From NCBI GenBank assembly GCA_009886115.1, contig VFJJ01000105.1, positions 1,891-65,890 on the forward strand: DNA of 64,000 nucleotides, in the 5' to 3' direction. Source of the DNA: Actinomycetota bacterium (GTDB lineage Bacteria; Actinomycetota; Acidimicrobiia; IMCC26256; VFJJ01). Under the pieces are notes generated by a model. The model did no database searches, had not been told where the DNA came from, and saw only the letters and a program-made list of their open reading frames with translations. Positions 35,797 to 43,590 of this stretch are shown one piece after another (within the stretch, counting starts at the first letter, position 1; every line of letters begins with the position of its first letter). The position numbers were made by a program, and so were the translations under genes.

Positions 35797-36966
35797 ATGA
35801 CACGAACATTCCGAGGAAGGTGGTTCGTCGGACTCCTGGCAGCCCTGGCGCTCGTCGCCGCGGCTTGTGGGGACGATGACGACGACACCGTTGCCAGTTC
35901 CGACACGACCGCAGCACCGGCCGCGGGGGGCGACACCACGGCGCCCGCAGCCGCTGGAGGCGAGACCACGGCGCCCGCAGCCGCTGGAGGCGGGATCGCC
36001 GCCGGACCGTGCGCCGACACGCCGGCGGCGACCGAGCTGACCACCGTCAAGCTCCAGCTCGACTGGACGCCCAACACCAACCACACCGGGTTCTTCGTGG
36101 CCGATGCGCTCGGGTGCTACGCCCAAGCGGGGATCGAGCTCGAGATCCTGCCGTACAGCGGTGGGAACGCCGATGAGATCGTGGCCTCGGGCCAGGCCGA
36201 CTTCGGCGTCTCGTTCCACAACTCGATCAGCCTGGCCGGACCGGCCGGGGTGCCGATCGTGGGCGTGGCGGCGATCCTCCAGAAGACCGCCGAGGCCATC
36301 GCGGTCAAGGCCGATCGTGACGAGATCGCGTCGCCCAAGGACCTCGACGGGCTCACCTACGCCGGCTTCGGCGGCCCGCAGGAGGTCCCGGTGCTGACCG
36401 CGATCATCCAAGCCGACGGGGGTGAAGGCGAATTCGAGGTGGTCACATTGAACACCTCGGCCTACGAGGCCGTCTACAACGGCGACGCCGACTTCACAAT
36501 CCCCTTCACCCTGTGGGAAGGGATCGAGGCCACGCTGAACAACGAGCCGGTCAAGTACTTCGAGTACTCCGACTACGGCCTGCCCAACCAGTACTCCGTG
36601 ATGCTCGTCACGTCACAGGACAACATCGCGGGCAAGGCCGACCTGGTCAAGAGCTTCCTGGCTGCCAGCCAGAAGGGTTGGGACTACGCAGCCGCCAACC
36701 CGCAGGAGGCCGGCCAGATCCTCCTCGACGCCAACCCCAGCGAGCTGACCAACACCGAGCTGGTGCTGCAGAGCGCCCAGGCCATGGCCGATGGCGGGTA
36801 CCTCCTCGGCCCAGGAGGCCACTGGGGCGAGATCGACCCGGCCATCTTCTCTGGCTACTCCCAGTTCCTGTTCGAGGCCGGGATCATCAGTGACGCCGAC
36901 GGCAACCCGCTCGACGCCGCACCCGACTGGACCCAGTACATCAACACCACGTTGCTCCCAGCCTGA
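35797..36966 (+). CDS. NMT1/THI5-like ABC substrate-binding lipoprotein (ThiY-type pyrimidine-precursor binding protein candidate)
   Basis: A lipobox LVAAACG is followed by a Thr/Ala/Gly linker with a 30-nt x2 repeat, then VKLQLDWTPNTNHTGFFVA, which is the THI5/NMT1 signature. A purine-rich RBS precedes ATG 35797. Confidence 0.8.
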   Translation: MTRTFRGRWFVGLLAALALVAAACGDDDDDTVASSDTTAAPAAGGDTTAPAAAGGETTAPAAAGGGIAAGPCADTPAATELTTVKLQLDWTPNTNHTGFFVADALGCYAQAGIELEILPYSGGNADEIVASGQADFGVSFHNSISLAGPAGVPIVGVAAILQKTAEAIAVKADRDEIASPKDLDGLTYAGFGGPQEVPVLTAIIQADGGEGEFEVVTLNTSAYEAVYNGDADFTIPFTLWEGIEATLNNEPVKYFEYSDYGLPNQYSVMLVTSQDNIAGKADLVKSFLAASQKGWDYAAANPQEAGQILLDANPSELTNTELVLQSAQAMADGGYLLGPGGHWGEIDPAIFSGYSQFLFEAGIISDADGNPLDAAPDWTQYINTTLLPA

Positions 36967-37050
36967 CCGACCGGGGTGGAGCCGGGTCGCTGATGCGGCC
37001 CGGCTCCACCGCCCACCCGTTCCCACCAACTCCGCCCGGAGCCTGAACCC

Positions 37051-38010
37051 ATGAGTGTCGACCACGCCGACCGGACGACAGCTCCGCCAGCGCCTCCATC
37101 ATCGATACCCGATGCCGCGAGCGGGCAGTCTCGCCAGCTCGGACGAGCGGTGGCGCGAGCGGTGGGGCGAGCCATCCTCCAGGTCCTGCCCCCACTCGTG
37201 CTCTTCGCGACCCTCATCGCCGTCTGGCAGATCTACGTCGACACGCAGAACGTCCGCCCGACAACGCTCCCGTCGCCCAGCCGCGTCGTCGAGCAGGGCT
37301 GGCGTTTTCACGACATCATCTGGGGGCACACCAAGGTCACCATGAAGGAAGTGGCGATCGGCTTCTCGCTGTCGGTGTTGTTCGCCACCATCGTGGCCAT
37401 CGCCATCGACTTCTCCGGACTTGTCCGGCGCTCGCTGCTCCCGCTACTCGTCGCATCGCAGACCCTGCCGATCATCGCCATCGCGCCGCTCATGATCATC
37501 TGGTTCGGCTTCGGGATCGCGCCCAAGATCTACGTGGTGATCCTGGTCACGTTCTTCCCGATCACCGTGGGCTGGGTCGAGGGCTTCCGCGGCACCGAGG
37601 CCGAGGCCATGAGCCTGCTCCGGTCCATGGGCGCCAATCGTTGGAAGGTGTTCCGGTACGTGCGCTTCCCGAGCGCGCTGCCGTCGTTCTTCCTCGGGTT
37701 TCGGATCGCCATCACGTACTCGGTCGTCGGCGCGATCTTCGCGGAGTACGTCGGCGCCAAGGACGGCCTCGGTATCTTCATGCAGACGTCGAAGAACTCC
37801 TTCCGCACAGACCTGGTCCTCGCGGCCGTCGTGGTAACCGCCGTCGTGAGCATTGCGCTGTTCATGCTGAGCTTTCTCGCTCAGCGGGCGCTCATCCCGT
37901 GGTGGGCGGCATCACGAAAGCAGCAATCCGCTCAGGGCTCTCCCAACGCTCCCACCCTCTCTGGCGTCATGAGCCAGTGGTGGGGCTCCCGCACCCGCAT
38001 CGGAGGCTGA
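37051..38010 (+). CDS. ABC transporter permease (NitT/TauT family)
   Basis: The protein has six TM segments and an EAA loop (AEAMSLLRSMGANRWKVFRYVRFPSALP). Confidence 0.85.
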   Translation: MSVDHADRTTAPPAPPSSIPDAASGQSRQLGRAVARAVGRAILQVLPPLVLFATLIAVWQIYVDTQNVRPTTLPSPSRVVEQGWRFHDIIWGHTKVTMKEVAIGFSLSVLFATIVAIAIDFSGLVRRSLLPLLVASQTLPIIAIAPLMIIWFGFGIAPKIYVVILVTFFPITVGWVEGFRGTEAEAMSLLRSMGANRWKVFRYVRFPSALPSFFLGFRIAITYSVVGAIFAEYVGAKDGLGIFMQTSKNSFRTDLVLAAVVVTAVVSIALFMLSFLAQRALIPWWAASRKQQSAQGSPNAPTLSGVMSQWWGSRTRIGG

Positions 38011-38013
38011 ACC

Positions 38014-39348
38014 ATGAGCAGGATCGTCATCGACAACGGGGCTGTCGTCACGATGAACGACGCGCTCGACGTTCACTTCGGGGGCACGGTCATCATCGAA
38101 GGCGACCGCATCGTCGACGTGGGCCCGTCGGCCGAGGTGGCCAAGCGAAACCCCGACGCCCGCACGGGTGCGACGGTCATCGACGCCGGCGGCAAGGCCG
38201 TGATGCCCGGGCTCGTCGACCTCCACTACCACACCGCGCTGGGCAAGGGCTGGAGCGACCATCTCCCGCTGTGGGAGTACCTCCAGACGTGTTGGTACCC
38301 GATGATCCGAGCGCTCGATCACGAGGACGCGTACTACGCCGCGCTGGCCAGCTACAGCGAGTCGCTGCGGACGGGCACGACGACCGTCAACGACATGTAC
38401 CGCCAATTGGGAGCGCTGGCCCAGGCGGCCGACACCATCGGCATCCGGGCCGTGCTCTCCAACGACGTCGCCGACGACGAGCACAACCTCGACACCCTGG
38501 CCGACAACGAGAAGGCGTTCCGCGACCTGCACGGCTCGGCCGACGGGCGCGTCGAGGTCCTCATCGGCATCGAATGGCTCCCGCTCGCCTCGGGCGCACT
38601 GCTTCGCGACGCCCGGACTCTCGCCAACGAGCTCGGCATCGGTATCCACATCCATCTCAACGAGTCGCTCTCGGAGGTCGAGATCTCCAAGGAGAAGTTC
38701 GGGCGTCGGCCCACCGAGTTCGCCTACGACTGCGGCATCCTCGGGCCTGACACCATCGCCGCGCACTGCGTGTGGCTGTCTGATCTCGAGATCGCGCTCA
38801 TGCGAGAGACGGGTACCCAGATCTCGCACAATCCCACCTCGAACGCCAAGCTGGGCAACGGGATCGCCCGGCTCCCCGAGATGCTCGCCGCGGGCTTGAA
38901 CGTGGGCCTGGGCCACGACGCCGCCGAGTGCAACAACAGCCGCGACATCTTCGAGGTCATGAAGTGGGCCTCGCTCATCCACCGGGCCAACCGGGTCGAC
39001 GCGTCGCTGCAGCAGGCGCCCGACGTGTTGCGCATGGCCACGCGCAACGGCGCCAAGGCGCTGGGTCATGACACCGGCGAGCTCGCAGTGGGGAAGAAGG
39101 CCGACGTGATCATCGTCGACCTGAAGAGCCAGCAGTTCACACCGCTCATGCCCGACAACCCGGCGCACCTCTACTCGCACCTGGTCTTCGCGGCCAACGG
39201 CAGCTGTGTCGACACCACGATCGTCAACGGGCAGATCGTGATGCGCGACCGCCAGCTCACCACGATCGACGAGCAGGAGGTGCTCGCCAAGGCCAACGAG
39301 TGCTTCCGCCGGGTCATCGACCGGATGGTCGTCCCCACCGAATACTGA
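38014..39348 (+). CDS. Amidohydrolase-family deaminase/chlorohydrolase-like protein (MtaD/SsnA-like)
   Basis: The protein has MPGLVDLHYHTA (HxH), ...HIHLNES..., ...HCVWL... and ...GLGHDAAECNN. Confidence 0.85.
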   Translation: MSRIVIDNGAVVTMNDALDVHFGGTVIIEGDRIVDVGPSAEVAKRNPDARTGATVIDAGGKAVMPGLVDLHYHTALGKGWSDHLPLWEYLQTCWYPMIRALDHEDAYYAALASYSESLRTGTTTVNDMYRQLGALAQAADTIGIRAVLSNDVADDEHNLDTLADNEKAFRDLHGSADGRVEVLIGIEWLPLASGALLRDARTLANELGIGIHIHLNESLSEVEISKEKFGRRPTEFAYDCGILGPDTIAAHCVWLSDLEIALMRETGTQISHNPTSNAKLGNGIARLPEMLAAGLNVGLGHDAAECNNSRDIFEVMKWASLIHRANRVDASLQQAPDVLRMATRNGAKALGHDTGELAVGKKADVIIVDLKSQQFTPLMPDNPAHLYSHLVFAANGSCVDTTIVNGQIVMRDRQLTTIDEQEVLAKANECFRRVIDRMVVPTEY

Positions 39349-39357
39349 GACCCCCAA

Positions 39358-39408
39358 CGTTCTTTGTGGCTGCCCCCGCGCCAGGAGCGACGTGGGACGC
39401 AAAGAACG
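39358..39408 (+). repeat. 51-nt AT-stem hairpin element A (upstream of the ykoF-like gene)
   Basis: The element is CGTTCTTTGTG-N27-GACGCAAAGAACG. The 11-bp stem has one U.G wobble that is only valid in + strand RNA. Confidence 0.8.
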
Positions 39409-39431
39409 CATGACACAGGAGCGAGGTTCCC

Positions 39432-39728
39432 GTGAGCACACGTCATGCGATCGTCAACATCCAGATCATCCCCAAGGCCGACGCGCCAGCCGACGTGTAC
39501 CCCGCGGTCGACCGGGCCATCGAGGTGATCGTCCGCTCCGGCGTGCCGTATGAGGTGGGAGCCCTCGGCACGACGATGGAGGGCGATCTCGACCAGCTGT
39601 TCGAGATCGTCAAGGACATGCACCGGGCCGTGCTCGCCGCGGGCTGCCCCTCGGTCCTCGGCCAGATCCGCACGTTCTTCGGCCCAGCCGAGACGACGAT
39701 GGGCGAGGTCACCAAGAACTACCGCTGA
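39432..39728 (+). CDS. MTH1187/YkoF-family thiamine-binding protein (single ACT-like domain)
   Basis: The 98-aa protein reads ...IVNIQIIPKADAP.DVYPAVDRAIEVIVRSGVPYEVGALGTTMEGDLDQLFEIVKDMH, which is the MTH1187/YkoF pattern. It starts at a GTG. Confidence 0.75.
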   Translation: MSTRHAIVNIQIIPKADAPADVYPAVDRAIEVIVRSGVPYEVGALGTTMEGDLDQLFEIVKDMHRAVLAAGCPSVLGQIRTFFGPAETTMGEVTKNYR

Positions 39729-39773
39729 GCGCCTTCGCCGGTCGCCGCGTCTGACCTGAGAGCACACCCCGGC

Positions 39774-39824
39774 CGTTCTTTGTGTCCAGGGCCGCTCCAT
39801 GCGCGGCGCGAGACGCAAAGAACG
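39774..39824 (+). repeat. 51-nt AT-stem hairpin element B (downstream of the ykoF-like gene)
   Basis: The element is CGTTCTTTGTGTC-N25-GACGCAAAGAACG, with the same arms and total length as element A. The 13-bp stem has the same U.G wobble position. Confidence 0.8.
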
Positions 39825-39831
39825 AGAAGGG

Positions 39832-40650
39832 CTAGACCTGCTCGCCTCGTTCGCGGTGTGCCCGTTGCGATTCCTCGCGCAGCGCGTCGAACAGCACGCC
39901 CTCGACGGCGACGAACTCAGACGAGGTGACGATCGACGACTGCCGGGGCCGGGGTAGCTCGATCCGTTGCTCCAGGCGCACCGAGGCCGGCCGGGCGGTG
40001 AGCACGTAGACGCGATCGGACAGAAATACCGCCTCCCGGATGTCGTGGGTGATGAGGACGACCGTCCAACGGAACTGCTCCCAGACCTGGGCCAGCCACT
40101 CCTGCATCTCGGTGCGGGTCAACGAGTCGAGCGCACCGAACGGCTCGTCGAGCAACAGCACCTCGCGGCCCTGGACGACCGTCCGAAGTAGCGCCGCCCG
40201 CTGTCGCATGCCCCCCGAGAGCTGCCATGGGTACGAACGCTCGAAGCCGGCCAGCCCGAAGCGCTCGAACAACGGCTGGGCCCGGGCCCGGGCCTCCTTG
40301 CGTGACACGCCCTGCACCTCGAGACCGAGCGTCGTGTTGTCGATGACCCGCCGCCAGGGGAACAGCAGGTCCTTCTGGGGCATGTAGGCGAACTTCTCGG
40401 TCCGCCCCGTCGCCGGACGCCCGTCGACGAGGATCTCCCCGCCCGATGGCACGTCGAGCCCGGCGATGATGTTGAACATCGTGCTCTTGCCGCAGCCCGA
40501 CGGCCCGATGATGCTCACGAACTCGCCGGCGTGGGCCTCGAGATCGATGCCCTCGAGCACCGCGAGTTGCGCGCGCTCGCCCGCGAAGGCCTTGGTCACG
40601 CCACGGAGTGCGATCCGCGGCACGGTCGGGGTGAGCTCCAGTGCGCTCAT
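39832..40650 (-). CDS. ABC transporter ATP-binding protein (NitT/TauT family)
   Basis: Motifs present are Walker A GPSGCGKST, signature LSGGMRQRAALLR, Walker B LLLDEP and ITHD. The start overlaps the stop of the alcohol dehydrogenase gene (ATGA at 40647-40650). Confidence 0.9.
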   Translation of the reverse strand: MSALELTPTVPRIALRGVTKAFAGERAQLAVLEGIDLEAHAGEFVSIIGPSGCGKSTMFNIIAGLDVPSGGEILVDGRPATGRTEKFAYMPQKDLLFPWRRVIDNTTLGLEVQGVSRKEARARAQPLFERFGLAGFERSYPWQLSGGMRQRAALLRTVVQGREVLLLDEPFGALDSLTRTEMQEWLAQVWEQFRWTVVLITHDIREAVFLSDRVYVLTARPASVRLEQRIELPRPRQSSIVTSSEFVAVEGVLFDALREESQRAHRERGEQV

Positions 40651-41747
40651 GCTGGCATCCGCAGTACCGGCTTGATCGCCAGACCCGCCTCGGCGTCGTG
40701 GGCCGCGGCGTCGATGTCGGCGAAGTCGTAGAAGCGGATCAGACGGTCGAAGGGGAAGCGGCCCTGACGCCAGAGCTCGATGAGCTTGGGGATGAAGAGC
40801 TGAGCGATGGCGTCACCACCGATGATCCCCCGCACGAAACGGCCGAAGAGCACGCTGTGGAACTCGACGGTGAGCTCCGTGCCGGTGGGCGGAACACCGA
40901 CCAGCCCGCATGTTCCCAACAGTGCCAAGCACTCGATTGCCTGACGGGCCACCGCCGGGACGGCAGTCGTGTCGATGCTGTAGTCGCAACCGAGACCCGC
41001 GATGTCGCGGATCGCCGCGACCGAGTCGGTCGTGCGCCCGTCGATCGTGTGCGTGGCCCCGAGGTCGCGAGCGAGTGCGAGCCGCTCGGGGACGATGTCG
41101 ACCGCGATGATCGTCGTGCAGCCGCAGACCACTGCGGCCATCACGGCGCTGAGGCCCACGGCACCGGCGCCGAACACGGCGATGCTGGTGCCGGGTCGGG
41201 CCTGGAGCGAGTTGATGACCGCGCCGGCTCCGGTCTGGACGCCGCAGCCCATGGGCCCGAAGAGCTCGAGCGGGAGGTCGGGAGCGATCTTGACGACGTT
41301 GTGCTCGGAGGCCAAGGCGTGGGTGGCGAACGAAGACTGGCTGAAGAAGTGTCCGTTCACCGGTCCGGACGGACCGGAGAGCGTTGCGCTCCCGTCGGGG
41401 CGCCTCCCCCCGAAGTTGATGTCGTAGTGCGACACGCAATACCCGGGGGGCCCCGTGCGGCAATAGGAACAGGTGCGACACGACGCCATGCTCATCACCA
41501 CGTGATCGCCCGGCGCCACCTTGGTCACGGCCGAGCCCACGCGCTCGACCACGCCCGAGCCCTCGTGCCCCAGCACGACGGGCAGCGGCACGGGAAACCA
41601 CTGGTCGCGCACGACCAGATCGGTGTGGCAGATACCGGCGGCGGCCACCTTGACCACGATCTCGTCAGGACGGGGCTCGTCGAGCTCGAGATCCTCGATC
41701 AGGAACGCTCCACCGGGTTCCCTGACCACGGCGGCCCGCATCAACAT
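40647..41747 (-). CDS. Zn-dependent alcohol dehydrogenase (aryl-alcohol/benzyl-alcohol dehydrogenase-like, MDR family)
   Basis: Motifs present are GICHTDLVV...GHEGSGVVERVG (catalytic Zn), CRTCSYCRTGPPGYC (structural Zn) and VFGAGAVGLS (NAD). The real start lies inside an 846-aa artefactual ORF. Confidence 0.9.
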   Translation of the reverse strand: MLMRAAVVREPGGAFLIEDLELDEPRPDEIVVKVAAAGICHTDLVVRDQWFPVPLPVVLGHEGSGVVERVGSAVTKVAPGDHVVMSMASCRTCSYCRTGPPGYCVSHYDINFGGRRPDGSATLSGPSGPVNGHFFSQSSFATHALASEHNVVKIAPDLPLELFGPMGCGVQTGAGAVINSLQARPGTSIAVFGAGAVGLSAVMAAVVCGCTTIIAVDIVPERLALARDLGATHTIDGRTTDSVAAIRDIAGLGCDYSIDTTAVPAVARQAIECLALLGTCGLVGVPPTGTELTVEFHSVLFGRFVRGIIGGDAIAQLFIPKLIELWRQGRFPFDRLIRFYDFADIDAAAHDAEAGLAIKPVLRMPA

Positions 41748-41832
41748 CCCTGTCCTCCGCTCCTGGTTCGTGGTGATCCGAGGCGTCGGTTCGGCCGCCA
41801 GACGTCGACGCTGGACGGGCGAGAACGCATTT

Positions 41833-41847
41833 GAGATATGATATCTC
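41833..41847. promoter_or_regulatory. Perfect AT-rich 15-bp palindrome, candidate operator in a divergent promoter region
   Basis: The sequence GAGATAT-G-ATATCTC lies in the 186-nt gap between the divergent ADH (-) and M20 peptidase (+) genes. This is the lowest-GC patch in the neighbourhood. Confidence 0.3.
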
Positions 41848-41933
41848 GCATCGGATGTTGCTGCTAGGGCTCCCAATCGTTGCCTACCGAGCGGCCCGAT
41901 GGCAATGCCGACATCCGCTCCCAGGAGGCAGGT

Positions 41934-43121
41934 GTGGACTCCGACAGCATCGCAGCAGCGGTCCTCGCCACTGTCGATCTCGACCGTGCCGTCGAGCTCA
42001 CCCGCGAGGTGTGCCGCATCCCCAGCATCCTCGGCGCCGAGGGCCCCCTCGCCGGTCTGCTCACCTCGACCATGCGGGAGTCCGGCTTCGAGGCCGTCGA
42101 GCTCCAGCCCGTGCTTGCCGACCGACCGAACGCGATCGGCGAGCTGGGATTCGGGCCCGGGCGGCGGGTGGTGCTGACCGGGCACATGGACACCAAGCCG
42201 GTGTCGCGGGGCTGGACCGTCACCGATCCGTTCTCGGGCGACCTGATCGACGGCCGGGTCTACGGCCACGGGATCATGGACATGAAGGCCGCTCTGGCGT
42301 GTCAGATCGTGGCGATGGAGGCCGTGCGCGCTAGCGGGCTCCCCCTGAGCGGGACTCTGGCCATGGCGGCGGTGAGCGACCACATGGGCGATCAGCGCGG
42401 CAGCATCGCCTACTTCGACCGACACCACGCCGACCTGTGCGTGCTCGGCGAGCTGTCCGACAACGAGATCTTCGTCGGTCATCGCGGTCGCTACTACTTC
42501 GACATCACCACCCACGGCGTGTCGGCGCACACCTGTCACAAGTACGACGCCGTCAATGCCAACCTCCTGGCTGCCCACGCCGTGATCGAGCTCGACGCCT
42601 CGGCTCTCAAACCCCCGTTGGAGAGCTGGGTGCGCGACCTCTTCGGCGACGAGACCATGATGGCGCCGGGGCGCATCTATGGGGGTCTGCCCCCGGGAGG
42701 CCCGTCGATGGTCCCCGACGAATGCGTCATCCGGGTCGACTGCCGGCCTCAGCCCGGCGTGTCGGTCGAGACGGTCAGAGCCGAGATCGACCGGTGCCTC
42801 AGCGCAGCCAAGCTTCGCGATCCGCGCTTCGAGGCCAGCGTCGAGCTCGCCGACGTGAAGGCCGGCCATCTCATCGACCCCGAGCACGAAGTGGTGCAGC
42901 TCATGATCGACGCCGTCCGCCGGGTCAAGGGAGTCGAACCCGAACTGAAGGCCGCCGGCTGGCTGGGCGACACGGCGAGCTTCGGTCCCCAGGTTCCCAC
43001 GGTCATCTTCGGGCCCGGCGGTGAGCCGGTGTACTGCGCCAACGAGAACCTGTCGGTCCACGACATCCACGTGGCCACCAAGGTGTACGCGCTGTGGGCG
43101 GCCATGGCCCTGTCGGCGTGA
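41934..43121 (+). CDS. M20-family metallohydrolase (ArgE/DapE/acylase-like)
   Basis: The protein has LTGHMDTKPV and GHGIMDMKAALA (metal ligands). AGGAGG sits 5 nt upstream of GTG 41934; the track ORF gives an alternative TTG start at 41880. Confidence 0.8.
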   Translation: MDSDSIAAAVLATVDLDRAVELTREVCRIPSILGAEGPLAGLLTSTMRESGFEAVELQPVLADRPNAIGELGFGPGRRVVLTGHMDTKPVSRGWTVTDPFSGDLIDGRVYGHGIMDMKAALACQIVAMEAVRASGLPLSGTLAMAAVSDHMGDQRGSIAYFDRHHADLCVLGELSDNEIFVGHRGRYYFDITTHGVSAHTCHKYDAVNANLLAAHAVIELDASALKPPLESWVRDLFGDETMMAPGRIYGGLPPGGPSMVPDECVIRVDCRPQPGVSVETVRAEIDRCLSAAKLRDPRFEASVELADVKAGHLIDPEHEVVQLMIDAVRRVKGVEPELKAAGWLGDTASFGPQVPTVIFGPGGEPVYCANENLSVHDIHVATKVYALWAAMALSA

Positions 43122-43149
43122 GACCGTGAGACCGTGAGACCGTGAGATG
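43118..43149 (+). repeat. 8-nt tandem repeat (GTGAGACC x3 + GTGAGATG) spanning a stop-to-start junction
   Basis: The sequence is gcGTGAGACCGTGAGACCGTGAGACCGTGAGATGacc. The first unit holds the M20 TGA (43119-43121) and the last holds the mutase small-subunit ATG (43147). Confidence 0.9.
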
Positions 43150-43590
43150 ACCGGCCCGAGTGATCCCCACCCCGCGGCTCCCCTCAAGGTGCTCCTGGCG
43201 AAGCCGGGGCTCGACGGTCACGATCGGGGCCTCAAGGTCATCGCCATGGCTTTGCGCGCTGCCGGCGCCGAGGTCGTGTATCTGGGGATGCGCAAGACCG
43301 TCGAGCAGATCCTCACCGCAGCGGCCGACGAGGATGTCGACGTGATCGGTCTCTCGATCCTCTCGGGGGCCCACCTCGCACTCGGGCGCAGTCTGCTCGC
43401 CGAGCGGTCCGAGCACGGTCTCGACGCCACGCCGGTCGTGATCGGGGGGACCATCCCCGCCGCCGATGCTCGCACCCTCGTGACCCTGGGAGCACACGTC
43501 TTCCCGGCGGGAAGCAACCTCGACGAGGTTGTCGCCGGCGTGTTCGCAGCCGCCGGTCGCCGGCAGTGTGGGAGCGGGTCAGGTGCCTGA
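43147..43590 (+). CDS. Cobalamin-binding small subunit of an acyl-CoA mutase (B12-binding domain)
   Basis: The sequence [23 protein letters not shown] contains the DxHxxG B12 motif, followed by ...[11 protein letters not shown]...VVIGG. Confidence 0.85.
   Translation: MTGPSDPHPAAPLKVLLAKPGLDGHDRGLKVIAMALRAAGAEVVYLGMRKTVEQILTAAADEDVDVIGLSILSGAHLALGRSLLAERSEHGLDATPVVIGGTIPAADARTLVTLGAHVFPAGSNLDEVVAGVFAAAGRRQCGSGSGA

Noticed and set aside
39358-39824. The possibility that the hairpins flanking the ykoF-like gene are integron attC sites (that is, a gene cassette).
   Set aside because: attC sites run 5'-RYYYAAC...GTTRRRY-3'. These elements run 5'-GTTCTTTG...CAAAGAAC-3' on either strand, which is the reverse arrangement. 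No intI integrase or attI is in the window, and the stems lack the characteristic extrahelical bases.
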